NCBI GenBank assembly: GCA_964600695.1
Contig: CAZRKK010000002.1
Coordinates: 5,354 to 69,353 of the forward strand
DNA: 64,000 nucleotides
Reading direction: 5' to 3'
DNA from: an uncultured Candidatus Saccharibacteria bacterium
GTDB lineage: Bacteria > Patescibacteriota > Doudnabacteria > UBA920
The notes beneath the pieces are model-generated. The model was given only the letters and a program-made list of their open reading frames with translations, made no database searches and had not been told where the DNA came from. Within the stretch, counting starts at the first letter, position 1; each line of letters opens with the position of its first letter. Shown here piece by piece: positions 10,035-18,150 of the stretch. The position numbers and the translations under genes are program-made.

Positions 10035-10616
10035 ATGAGCAGAATAGGAAAAAAACCAGTAATCTTAACTCAAGGCATCACCGCTGAGCTTAAGGATAAG
10101 CACCTCACTATCAAAGGTAGTAAAGGTACTTTAGAGTTGGATATTCACCCAAAAGTTTTAGTTGAAGTAAAAGATGGGGAAATCACTGTTGATGTTGCCA
10201 AGAAGGAAGACAAGCGCGAAAAAGCTCTTTGGGGCCTGTCTCGAGCTTTGGTACAGAATATGGTAGATGGATTAACAACTGGTTTTTCTAAGCAGTTAGA
10301 TATTGTTGGAGTTGGTTTTAAAGCAGAAATGCGTGGTCAAACTTTAGTTCTGAACTTAGGTTTTTCTCATGCTATTGATTTTGAAATTCCTGCCGGAATC
10401 GAAGTTAAAGTAGAAAAAGATCCTTCTAAAGTAACTATTGCTCAGTATCAAACAACTGTATCTCTTTCTGGAATCGATAAGCATTTAGTTGGTCAAGTTG
10501 CTGCTAATATCCGTGAGCTTAAAAAGCCAGAACCTTACAAAGGTAAAGGGATTCGTTATAGCGATGAAAATATCTTGCGTAAGGCAGGTAAGGTTGTTAA
10601 AGCAGTAGGAAAGTAA
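10035..10616 (+). CDS. rplF: 50S ribosomal protein L6.
   Basis: MSRIGKKPV... Two-domain L6 architecture. Confidence 0.9.
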   Translation: MSRIGKKPVILTQGITAELKDKHLTIKGSKGTLELDIHPKVLVEVKDGEITVDVAKKEDKREKALWGLSRALVQNMVDGLTTGFSKQLDIVGVGFKAEMRGQTLVLNLGFSHAIDFEIPAGIEVKVEKDPSKVTIAQYQTTVSLSGIDKHLVGQVAANIRELKKPEPYKGKGIRYSDENILRKAGKVVKAVGK

Positions 10617-10638
10617 CCTCTAATAGAGAAATAATTAT

Positions 10639-10992
10639 ATGAACAAACAAGAGCATAAAATTTTAAAGCACAAATTACGTAAGGGTCGTGTTCGAAGCCG
10701 CGTCAGCGGTACCGAAGCGAGACCTCGTTTAAGCGTGTTTCGTTCTAATTCTCAAATCTACGCTCAAGTAATAGATGATATTTCTGGTAAGACTGTAGCT
10801 GCTACTTCTAGCATCAATATCAAATCAGCAGGTAAGAAAGTTGATCAAGCCACAGCTGTTGGTAAAGAAATTGCTGCTAAGGCAATCGCCAAAGGTGTTA
10901 AAGCAGTAGTGTTCGATAGAGGCGGTTATAAGTATCATGGTCGTGTAAAAGCATTAGCAGAAAGCGCTCGTGAAGCTGGGTTACAATTCTAA
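10639..10992 (+). CDS. rplR: 50S ribosomal protein L18.
   Basis: L18 family ([18 protein letters not shown]...). Confidence 0.9.
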   Translation: MNKQEHKILKHKLRKGRVRSRVSGTEARPRLSVFRSNSQIYAQVIDDISGKTVAATSSINIKSAGKKVDQATAVGKEIAAKAIAKGVKAVVFDRGGYKYHGRVKALAESAREAGLQF

Positions 10993-11005
10993 CTAATTTA
11001 AATAT

Positions 11006-11509
11006 ATGGAAAAAAGAACTCGTAGAAACAATTCAAGAGACGGCGGAGAAGCCCGTGAATTCGACCAAAAAGTGGTTGAGATTAAGCGTGTAACCCGTGT
11101 AGTTGCTGGTGGAAAACGTATGCGTTTTCGTGCACTTGTTGTAATTGGTGACCACAAAGGTAAAATCGGTATCGGTTTAAAGAAGGGGATGGATGTAACC
11201 GAAGCTGTAAACAAAGCTGTTAATGCTGCAAAGAAAAGCATGATCGTAGTACCAATTGTTAACGATACAGTTCCTCATCAAGTTAACATTAAGTATAAGT
11301 CTAGTAAGTTGTTAATGATGCCTGCTCGTCCTGGTACTGGTGTAATTGCTGGTGGTGCAGTTCGTAGCGTACTCGACCTTGCTGGTGTTAAGAATGTAAT
11401 CAGTAAAATGATTGGTTCTAACAACAAAACTAATAATGTCCGAGCCGCTTTCGAAGCTTTTAAAATGATGCGTAGTAAAGAAGAAATTTTAAAGAGCCGC
11501 GCAAAATAG
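11006..11509 (+). CDS. rpsE: 30S ribosomal protein S5.
   Basis: VVEIKRVTRVVAGGKRMRFRALVVIGD motif. Confidence 0.9.
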   Translation: MEKRTRRNNSRDGGEAREFDQKVVEIKRVTRVVAGGKRMRFRALVVIGDHKGKIGIGLKKGMDVTEAVNKAVNAAKKSMIVVPIVNDTVPHQVNIKYKSSKLLMMPARPGTGVIAGGAVRSVLDLAGVKNVISKMIGSNNKTNNVRAAFEAFKMMRSKEEILKSRAK

Positions 11510-11536
11510 TTCTCAGTTAAATTTAATTTCAATTAT

Positions 11537-11971
11537 ATGATCAAACTTCATCAATTAAAACGTCATCCAAAAGCTACAAAGCGCCGCAAAGTTGTCGGTC
11601 GTGGTATTGGTAGTGGTCACGGTACTTACTCTACTCGTGGTGCTAAGGGACAAAAGTCTCGTACAGGTCACTCTAAGTCTCCGGCACGTTTTGAAGGTGG
11701 TCGCCAACCATTGATTCGTCAAATTGGTAAACTTCGTGGATTCAAGAGCTTAGCTCCGAATGCATTTGCAGTTAAGTTGGATTTGTTAAACTCATTACCT
11801 GATGGTACAGAGGTTACATTAAATAGCTTAAAGGCACACGGCATCATTGATACTGGTGTTAAGAAGGTAAAGATTCTAAAAGGCGAACTTAAGCGAAAGC
11901 TAGTGGTTGCTGTTCCTGTTTCTGCTACTGCTAAGGCTTCTATTGAAGCTGCAGGCGGTAGTATCAAATAA
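11537..11971 (+). CDS. rplO: 50S ribosomal protein L15. Follows rpsE directly, with no rpmD (L30) between them.
   Basis: RRKVVGRGIGSGHGTYSTRGAKGQKSRTG motif. Only 27 nt separate rpsE and rplO. Confidence 0.9.
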   Translation: MIKLHQLKRHPKATKRRKVVGRGIGSGHGTYSTRGAKGQKSRTGHSKSPARFEGGRQPLIRQIGKLRGFKSLAPNAFAVKLDLLNSLPDGTEVTLNSLKAHGIIDTGVKKVKILKGELKRKLVVAVPVSATAKASIEAAGGSIK

Positions 11972-11981
11972 ACTTATTAAG

Positions 11982-12095
11982 AGCCTATGGCAATTATTAA
12001 TTCCTGTCGCTAAACTGCTACGTCTGCTAAAAATTTCTTCGAAACTTTTGCATACTGGGCAGTGATGCTCCTTGAATCAACAATTGCCATAGGCT
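11982..12095 (+). promoter_or_regulatory. Long-range 14-bp perfect inverted repeat (AGCCTATGGCAATT ... AATTGCCATAGGCT) spanning the rplO-secY spacer. Candidate structured RNA or processing element.
   Basis: Arms at 11982-11995 and 12082-12095. They would enclose an ~86-nt domain in the transcript. Confidence 0.4.
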
Positions 12096-12142
12096 TTAAA
12101 GTTTAATTAGACCTGATTTGAGGATTAAAGTATAATACAAAT

Positions 12143-13420
12143 ATGAATAAATTAAGCTTAATTTGGAAAACTAAAGATTTGCGTTGGAAGATCTTCATGG
12201 TCATGATGTTGCTTTTAGTGACTCGTGTTTTGGCTCATGTCCCAATTCCTGGGATTAGCGTCACTGGCTTGAAGGCTTTCTTCGAAAGCAATCAATTTTT
12301 AAACTTATTGAACGTTTTTTCTGGTGGTGGACTAAGTAACTTTTCTATCGCTATGCTTGGTGTTGGACCATACATCACAGCATCTATTATTATGCAGTTG
12401 TTGGTCATGATTGTTCCTTCACTTACAGAACTACAGAAAGAAAGTGGAGAAGCTGGTCGAGTTAAAATCAACCAGTACACTCGTTTTTTGACTTTGCCAT
12501 TAGCAGTTTTGTCTGGTTTCGGAACTATTCGATTATTACAAAGCCAAGGTGGGGCAGAGTTACTTGGAACTTTCTCTCCTTTCCAGTGGTTCCTAACTTT
12601 GTTAACAGTTACCGCTGGTACAATGTTGGTTATGTGGATCGGTGAAATCATTTCCGAATACGGAATTGGTAATGGTGTATCTTTAGTAATTTTCGCCGGT
12701 ATCGTTTCTCAGTTACCTAAGAGCGTTGGTTCGTTGGTTCAGTTATATGATCCAAGCCAATTACCAACCATTATTGGATTTGCTATTGTCGCTTTGATCG
12801 TTATCGCCAGTGTAGTATTTGTGACTGAAGCTCAGCGCAATGTCCCGGTTACGTATGCAAAGCGGGTGAGTGGAGATAAACAAGTTGGTGGAGTTAACTC
12901 ATTCTTACCGTTACGTCTTAACCAAGCAGGTGTTATTCCAATCATCTTCGCAATTTCATTATTGTTGTTCCCAGCGATTATTGCTCAGTTCTTCTTAAAT
13001 GCCAAGACTCCTTTGATTGCTGAATATGCCCAAAAAGCTATTGATTTTACAAATAATCAAGGCGTTTGGTATGGCGTATCTTACTTCCTATTAGTTGTTA
13101 TATTCACTTATTTCTACACTAATATTGTTGTAAATCCAGATGAAGTTTCCGAAAACATGCAACGCAGTGGTGGCTTTGTTCCTGGTATTCGCCCCGGGAA
13201 GCAGACTGCTGATTACTTATACAAAGTTTTGAACCGCATCACTTTGCCTGGATCCTTATTCCTTGGTTTAATCGCTATCCTGCCTTTCATCTTACAAACA
13301 TGGACAGGAACCCGAGCATTAACATTTGGTGGTACTGGATTGCTGATTGTAGTAGCGGTAGTAATTGAAAGTATCAAGCAAGTCGAGGCTCAGCTAACTA
13401 TGCACGACTATCAAAAATAA
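12143..13420 (+). CDS. secY: Preprotein translocase subunit SecY.
   Basis: 10-TM SecY family (MLGVGPYITASIIMQLL, GNGVSLVIFAGIV). TATAAT at 12131-12136 ends 6 nt before the ATG, so a leaderless transcript is possible. Confidence 0.95.
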   Translation: MNKLSLIWKTKDLRWKIFMVMMLLLVTRVLAHVPIPGISVTGLKAFFESNQFLNLLNVFSGGGLSNFSIAMLGVGPYITASIIMQLLVMIVPSLTELQKESGEAGRVKINQYTRFLTLPLAVLSGFGTIRLLQSQGGAELLGTFSPFQWFLTLLTVTAGTMLVMWIGEIISEYGIGNGVSLVIFAGIVSQLPKSVGSLVQLYDPSQLPTIIGFAIVALIVIASVVFVTEAQRNVPVTYAKRVSGDKQVGGVNSFLPLRLNQAGVIPIIFAISLLLFPAIIAQFFLNAKTPLIAEYAQKAIDFTNNQGVWYGVSYFLLVVIFTYFYTNIVVNPDEVSENMQRSGGFVPGIRPGKQTADYLYKVLNRITLPGSLFLGLIAILPFILQTWTGTRALTFGGTGLLIVVAVVIESIKQVEAQLTMHDYQK

Positions 13421-13426
13421 ATTATT

Positions 13427-13461
13427 AACTCCCTCTAGTAATTAGGGGGAGTTTTTTTATT
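13427..13461 (+). terminator. Rho-independent terminator after secY.
   Basis: aactccctc...gggggagtt hairpin plus ttttttt. Confidence 0.6.
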
Positions 13462-13481
13462 GGTATTTATTAGGAGTTTTG

Positions 13482-13490
13482 TGGTATAAT
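13482..13490 (+). promoter_or_regulatory. Extended -10 promoter element (TGgTATAAT) 9 nt upstream of ATG 13500.
   Basis: tggtataat at 13482-13490. Implies a leaderless or near-leaderless mRNA for the downstream acidic protein. Confidence 0.35.
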
Positions 13491-13499
13491 ATTCATATT

Positions 13500-13874
13500 A
13501 TGGCAGAAGAAATAAGAAAAATTCCTGGATTCGAATCAGAGCAATCTGCGGAACCAAATAGCAACGAGTCCCCAGAATCAGAACAGACTGAATCTCTAGA
13601 AGCATCGTCTTCGGAAACTCTGAGTGATAATAACTTAGACCAGCAGGATTTGAACGAGACACCAATTGAAGAAGAAGTCGATACATCTAACTTATCGATC
13701 GAATCAGCTTTAGAGCCCAAATCAGGAGTGACTGCTTCTGATTCTATTGCTTCCGAAAGTAACGATGAAGTTCTTTCTGAAAGATTGTTAGCCGACAGTA
13801 AAGAATTAGAGACTGCCACCGAAGCCCGTAAACTTTTAAATGATATCTTAGGCACAACCGAAACTAAAAACTAG
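13500..13874 (+). CDS. Hypothetical highly acidic, Ser/Glu-rich, likely disordered protein (~125 aa).
   Basis: The ORF track begins at TTG 13479. The ATG at 13500 (MAEEIRK...) fits the promoter geometry. Composition is dominated by E/S/D. Confidence 0.45.
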   Translation: MAEEIRKIPGFESEQSAEPNSNESPESEQTESLEASSSETLSDNNLDQQDLNETPIEEEVDTSNLSIESALEPKSGVTASDSIASESNDEVLSERLLADSKELETATEARKLLNDILGTTETKN

Positions 13875-13909
13875 GTTTGTAAAATAAAAGCAAAAAATAA
13901 AAATTATCA

Positions 13910-16468
13910 ATGCCTTTTGGATTTGAACTCAATACTGTAATTTATGCATCACTACTACTAGGAATTTTAGTAGTAGTGTTTTTGCTTGTCGCTGCTTATT
14001 ATATTCACAGGCATTGGTATTACAGTCATGTCATTTTACCCCGCACTAAAGAGTGGGTGTTTTTGGAAATTCAAATGCCAAAAGACAACAGCGAGGATAA
14101 AGAAAAATATCAACGCGATGAAGAAAAAAAATTACTAATTGGTATTGCCGAGCAATTATTCACAACTTTATCAGGAATTAGTCACACTAATTGGTTTTGG
14201 CAACCTAAAGAATATATAAGTTTTGAAATTGCGTGTACAGACAAAAAGATTTCCTTTTATATCAATTGTCCGCGTAAGCTTCAGGAGCTAATAGAAAAAC
14301 AAGTTCAAGCTCAGTACCCTCACGCTTTTATCGAGGAGATTAAAGGCTATAATCCCTTTCCAGAAACTGGGGAGATCGAAGCTACCGAGTTAAGATTGAC
14401 CAAGCCTTATATGTATCCTTTTCGTACTTACAAGAGTATGGAAACAGATCCATTGAATGCGTTAACAAACGCTATGTCAAAACTGAGCGATGGTGATGGG
14501 GCGGTTATTCAAATGATTTTGTATCCAGCAGGGGATCACTGGCAGCATCGTCCGCGGCACATGGCTTTAGAAATTCAGCAAGGTAAAAATCCGAACATTG
14601 TTGCCAAGAGTGCGTTTGGAAGATTTGCGCGCGAGGTAGGAAGCACAGCTAAGGATGGTGTCTTAGGTGGAACTCAGTTAAGTAAAGATCAAATGCAACA
14701 ACGTACCGATTTGTCGGGACGTTATTCGGCCATCAACTTAACTCCGATGCAACAAGACATGGTTAAGCGTTTCGAAGAAAAAGCTAGCCGCCCAGGCTTC
14801 TATACCAACATTCGTATTGTCACAGCATCACCAACTCCTGGAACAGCTAAAGTGAATATGCATAATTTAGTGTCTTCATTTTTGCAGTACAACATGCCGC
14901 CGTTTAATGGTTTTAGAGTTAAGCGTCGTGCTAAGAAGCGTATTATTAAAGATTATATTTTTAGAATTTATCGCCGCTACGGACGTAAGTCTATTTTAAA
15001 TACCGAAGAATTAACTAGTATTTGGCATCTTCCGACTCCATTTTTGGAAACACCTAATATTAAATGGTTGTTATCTAAAAAAGCTCCACCACCTATAAAC
15101 TTGCAACCAGAAGGAATATTACTAGGCCGAAATATATATCGTGGGCAGGAGACACCAATTCATATGGCACGTGATGATCGTCGTCGTCACATGTATATTT
15201 TGGGACGTACTGGTGTGGGTAAAACCGAAATCATGAAATACATGTCCGTTCAAGATATCAAGAACGGTGATGGAATTTGTATTATCGATCCTCATGGTGA
15301 TTTTATTGAAGATGTTTTACCTCACATTCCAAAAGAACGAGCCGAAGATGTAATCTTATTTGACCCATTCGATACCGACAGGCCGATGGGTTTGAACATG
15401 CTCGAAGTCACTAGTGAAGGTCAAAAAGATTTTGCTGTTCAAGAAATGATCTCTATCTTTTATAAATTAGTTACAGATCCTGCGATGCTTGGACCTATGT
15501 TCGAGCACAACATGCGTAATGCCATGCTAACCTTAATGGCTGACGAAGAAAATCCTGGAACTATTGTTGAAGTCCCACGTATATTTACGGACACTGAATT
15601 CCAAAAGTATAAAGTCTCTAAATTAAATGATCCTGTGGTAAGAGCATTTTGGGAGAAAGAAATGGCCAAGACTTCCGATTTTCATAAGTCGGAAATGTTA
15701 GGTTACTTAGTTTCTAAAGTAGGCCGCTTTGTAGAAAATTCCATGATGCGAAATATTGTTGGTCAACCAAAGAGTTCTTTTAACTTCCGTGATATCATGG
15801 ATAACAAAAAAATTCTTTTGGTGAATTTAGCAAAGGGTAAAGTAGGGGAGGTGAACGCAAAATTAATTGGCTTAATTTTAGTGAGTAAAATTCAAATGGC
15901 GGCATTGTCCCGTGCAGATATTCCAGAAAGCGAACGCCAAGATTTCTATTTATATGTTGATGAATTCCAAAACTTTATTACCGATGCTTTTTCTTCTATT
16001 TTGAGCGAAGCCCGTAAGTATCGATTGAATTTGATTATTGGTCATCAGTTCTTAGCTCAGTTGGGGCAAGCAGCTGGTGCGCAAGGTGCAGCTAGTAACG
16101 ATTTACGTGATGCTGTGTTTGGTAATGCTGGTAGTATGGTAACTTTCCGTATTGGTGTAGAAGATAGTGAAGTTATGGCAAAGGAGTTTGCACCAACTTT
16201 TAATGAGTTTGATTTATTAAATGTCGATAGATTTAATGCTTTTGTAAAGTTGATGATTAATGGAACAGCCAGCAAACCATTTAACATGGCCACATACCCC
16301 TTAGCTAAACCAACTGAAGATCAAAAGAAGACAGGGGATGCTATTCGACAGTTATCAAGGTTAAAATTTGGTCGTCCACGGGCCGAAGTTGAAGCAGAAA
16401 TCCTAGAAGCCAGCCAAGTTGCTGATATGATGGCGGCTGGTCCAGGGAGTATCGAGAAAACGGTTTAA
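13910..16468 (+). CDS. N-terminally membrane-anchored P-loop NTPase (852 aa). Most similar in motif pattern to conjugative coupling proteins (TraD/TrwB/VirD4, AAA_10 / T4SS DNA-binding type) or HerA/DUF87-like ATPases.
   Basis: One N-terminal TM helix. Walker A ILGRTGVGKTE (~aa 432). ICIIDPHGDF motif. Walker B-like LYVDEFQNF (~aa 680). C-terminal region Gln/Ala/Gly-rich. Confidence 0.55.
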   Translation: MPFGFELNTVIYASLLLGILVVVFLLVAAYYIHRHWYYSHVILPRTKEWVFLEIQMPKDNSEDKEKYQRDEEKKLLIGIAEQLFTTLSGISHTNWFWQPKEYISFEIACTDKKISFYINCPRKLQELIEKQVQAQYPHAFIEEIKGYNPFPETGEIEATELRLTKPYMYPFRTYKSMETDPLNALTNAMSKLSDGDGAVIQMILYPAGDHWQHRPRHMALEIQQGKNPNIVAKSAFGRFAREVGSTAKDGVLGGTQLSKDQMQQRTDLSGRYSAINLTPMQQDMVKRFEEKASRPGFYTNIRIVTASPTPGTAKVNMHNLVSSFLQYNMPPFNGFRVKRRAKKRIIKDYIFRIYRRYGRKSILNTEELTSIWHLPTPFLETPNIKWLLSKKAPPPINLQPEGILLGRNIYRGQETPIHMARDDRRRHMYILGRTGVGKTEIMKYMSVQDIKNGDGICIIDPHGDFIEDVLPHIPKERAEDVILFDPFDTDRPMGLNMLEVTSEGQKDFAVQEMISIFYKLVTDPAMLGPMFEHNMRNAMLTLMADEENPGTIVEVPRIFTDTEFQKYKVSKLNDPVVRAFWEKEMAKTSDFHKSEMLGYLVSKVGRFVENSMMRNIVGQPKSSFNFRDIMDNKKILLVNLAKGKVGEVNAKLIGLILVSKIQMAALSRADIPESERQDFYLYVDEFQNFITDAFSSILSEARKYRLNLIIGHQFLAQLGQAAGAQGAASNDLRDAVFGNAGSMVTFRIGVEDSEVMAKEFAPTFNEFDLLNVDRFNAFVKLMINGTASKPFNMATYPLAKPTEDQKKTGDAIRQLSRLKFGRPRAEVEAEILEASQVADMMAAGPGSIEKTV

Positions 16469-16509
16469 GTAGCTGTAAGCAGCCATAATTAGTAATAAGT
16501 CAGTGGGTA

Positions 16510-16538
16510 TTGACAAAATCAACTATTTGTGATATTAT
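16510..16538 (+). promoter_or_regulatory. Consensus sigma70 promoter TTGACA-17-TATTAT with an upstream TG (extended -10) for GC-rich cassette 1.
   Basis: ttgaca at 16510-16515, 17-nt spacer ending gtga, tattat at 16533-16538. Confidence 0.5.
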
Positions 16539-16593
16539 ATTCGCAGTAGTTTTTTTGTAGTTTAAATCAATTTAGTTGGAGGACTTTGTTAAT

Positions 16594-17064
16594 ATGTATA
16601 AAAACTCGTTGGTCATGAAGATGATCCTAACGTTTGCGGCCTTTAGCGCCGTCGTTGTATTCCTGAACTACGTGGTCGGCATGCCGACTACTAAGCGCAT
16701 GAACTTCGTCTTGATGAGCTATGGTGTTGGTTCGGCCACCATCTTGGCTCTCGCGGCCGTTTTTCCGAGCCGTCTGACATCGGCGCTGTGCCGTCTTGTG
16801 CAGATTGGTTGGGCAGTGGCCATCGTTCTCGGTGGTTTTGCTATGATTATTATCATTGTGGTTGGTTTGGGGCAGTTTAACCTGCCGTTCCTATCGCTAC
16901 AGTGGTATAGCCTGTTCATGGCTTTAGGAATCTTGGGGGCCAGCGTGTTCATGTTTGTCAACGACTCGTATTTTGAAGTCGTTAACGAATATGAAAGCAA
17001 AGCTGGGAAGCCTAAGGTGGTGACACCGCCGGCAAACAGCACTTCGTCGAGCGTTTCGGCATAG
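16594..17064 (+). CDS. Small 4-TM integral membrane protein (157 aa) encoded with atypical GC/CpG-rich codons.
   Basis: SD GGAGGA at 16578-16583. Four hydrophobic helices. Hydrophilic Ser/Thr/Pro tail. Codons tcg/ccg/gcg/ctg dominate, unlike the rest of the window. Confidence 0.5.
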   Translation: MYKNSLVMKMILTFAAFSAVVVFLNYVVGMPTTKRMNFVLMSYGVGSATILALAAVFPSRLTSALCRLVQIGWAVAIVLGGFAMIIIIVVGLGQFNLPFLSLQWYSLFMALGILGASVFMFVNDSYFEVVNEYESKAGKPKVVTPPANSTSSSVSA

Positions 17065-17091
17065 AAACTCCGCACAAGGGTTAGAAGTATT

Positions 17092-17128
17092 GGGTAAGAG
17101 CGAAAATATTCGCTTTTACCCTTTTTTT
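17092..17128 (+). terminator. Rho-independent terminator after cassette 1.
   Basis: gggtaagagcgaa aatatt cgcttttaccc hairpin plus ttttttt. Confidence 0.55.
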
Positions 17129-17169
17129 ATTGCCTAAAATTGCCATTTTAAAATTTCTGTTATCAGCTA

Positions 17170-17198
17170 TTGACAAAACATCAAAAATAGTGTATACT
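17170..17198 (+). promoter_or_regulatory. Consensus sigma70 promoter TTGACA-17-TATACT with an extended-10 TG for GC-rich cassette 2.
   Basis: ttgaca at 17170-17175, 17-nt spacer ending agtg, tatact at 17193-17198. Confidence 0.5.
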
Positions 17199-17233
17199 GT
17201 TACTTAAACTAAATATTGGTTAGAAAGTGAATT

Positions 17234-17277
17234 ACCTTCAGAAATTCAGATTTATCGAGATATGGTTTTCTGAAGGT
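17234..17277 (+). promoter_or_regulatory. 11-bp perfect inverted repeat (ACCTTCAGAAA / TTTCTGAAGGT) forming a stem-loop in the ~185-nt 5' leader of cassette 2.
   Basis: Arms at 17234-17244 and 17267-17277 with a 22-nt loop. Three further short hairpins follow (17276-17293, 17303-17326, 17331-17346) before SD AAGGAGG at 17366-17372. Confidence 0.35.
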
Positions 17278-17385
17278 CATGCACGTGTATGACTGTTGTA
17301 GCGCTGTAAATAAAAAAACAGCATTGTAACGGTCAATCACATGACCAAGTTTTCAAAAACAGCCTAAGGAGGGCTAATCAATACT

Positions 17386-18102
17386 ATGCAGAAATTCATT
17401 ATTTCGTTCGTTTTTGTCGCAATGTCACTTATGGCTGTTTCGTCGGCCTCGGCCCAGAATCCGGACTTGAACGTTCCGGTGCCTTCGGGAAAGACGCAGA
17501 CCACGAAGAGCCCGGACTTGAACGTTCCGGTGCCTAACAAGTCGGTTCAAAGTTCGGCTAACGTCTATAGGACGTACCGCAACACTACGGTCGTTAAGAA
17601 GTATTCCATGAACGGCGTCGACAAAGACGCTCGTGAAGTGAATGTCGCTCAGGACATTCGTATAAAAAAACTGGAAGACGGCAAGGCTAACTCGTCGGAC
17701 GTCGAAGCAGGATTTAAGTCGGTTGACGATCGTTTCGCGGCTAAGGATCAGGTGGATGCACGACAGGACCGAGAGCTCGGATATACTTTCTGGGCTTTCA
17801 TAATCATCCCGGTAGTCTTTCTGGTTCTGGCGTTGTTGTACTTCATGTTTGGAGGCAACAATAATAACGTTCAGGTTAACGGTGGTGGACATGCACCGGC
17901 ATACGTACCTCAGGCCCAGCCTGCAGTACAGCCGATACCATACTACCAGCCTATTCCTGCACAACCCGTTCCTGCGGCACAACCGGTTCCTGCAGCCAAC
18001 CAACAGCCAAGCGTAAATGTTCCGATCAATATTGCGGTCGAGCCGATTCAGATCGATCTCCGACCGTCGTTGCGTGGAACACCGCCGGCACCCGCTCAGT
18101 AG
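17386..18102 (+). CDS. Secreted or bitopic membrane protein (238 aa): signal peptide, duplicated PDLNVPVP motif, one TM helix, proline/glutamine-rich C-terminal tail. GC/CpG-rich codon usage.
   Basis: MQKFIISFVFVAMSLMAVSSASA-QN signal peptide with an AxA site. TM FWAFIIIPVVFLVLALLYFMF. Tail is PAxQP repeats. Confidence 0.55.
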   Translation: MQKFIISFVFVAMSLMAVSSASAQNPDLNVPVPSGKTQTTKSPDLNVPVPNKSVQSSANVYRTYRNTTVVKKYSMNGVDKDAREVNVAQDIRIKKLEDGKANSSDVEAGFKSVDDRFAAKDQVDARQDRELGYTFWAFIIIPVVFLVLALLYFMFGGNNNNVQVNGGGHAPAYVPQAQPAVQPIPYYQPIPAQPVPAAQPVPAANQQPSVNVPINIAVEPIQIDLRPSLRGTPPAPAQ

Positions 18103-18120
18103 TGAGCATCTCTCTTACAG

Positions 18121-18150
18121 AGAGCAAGGTAAAACTTGCTCTCTTTTTTC
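18121..18150 (+). terminator. Rho-independent terminator after cassette 2.
   Basis: agagcaagg taaaa cttgctct hairpin plus ttttttc. It is preceded by a ctctct tac agagag hairpin. Confidence 0.55.

Noticed and set aside
2993-12651. Many 60-155-aa ORFs on the minus strand or in alternative frames inside the ribosomal-protein genes and secY (e.g. 2993-3331, 5987-6454, 6606-6863, 7225-7497, 11719-11967, 12292-12651).
   Set aside because: They overlap highly conserved r-protein and SecY coding sequences. They have no start context, promoter or terminator, and have low-complexity or odd composition. These are spurious shadow ORFs.
17425-18003. 192-aa minus-strand ORF, Arg/Cys-rich, overlapping the GC-rich cassette-2 gene.
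   Set aside because: It is entirely antisense to a well-supported plus-strand CDS that has a signal peptide, SD and promoter. An Arg-rich composition is the expected artefact of reading GC/CpG-rich DNA in the reverse frame.
17880-18102. Proline/glutamine-rich repeat tail of the cassette-2 protein considered as collagen-like or a cell-wall-spanning LPXTG anchor.
   Set aside because: There is no Gly-X-Y periodicity, and no LPXTG motif or C-terminal hydrophobic/charged sorting signal. The tail follows the TM helix, so it is more likely a disordered cytoplasmic or periplasmic tail.
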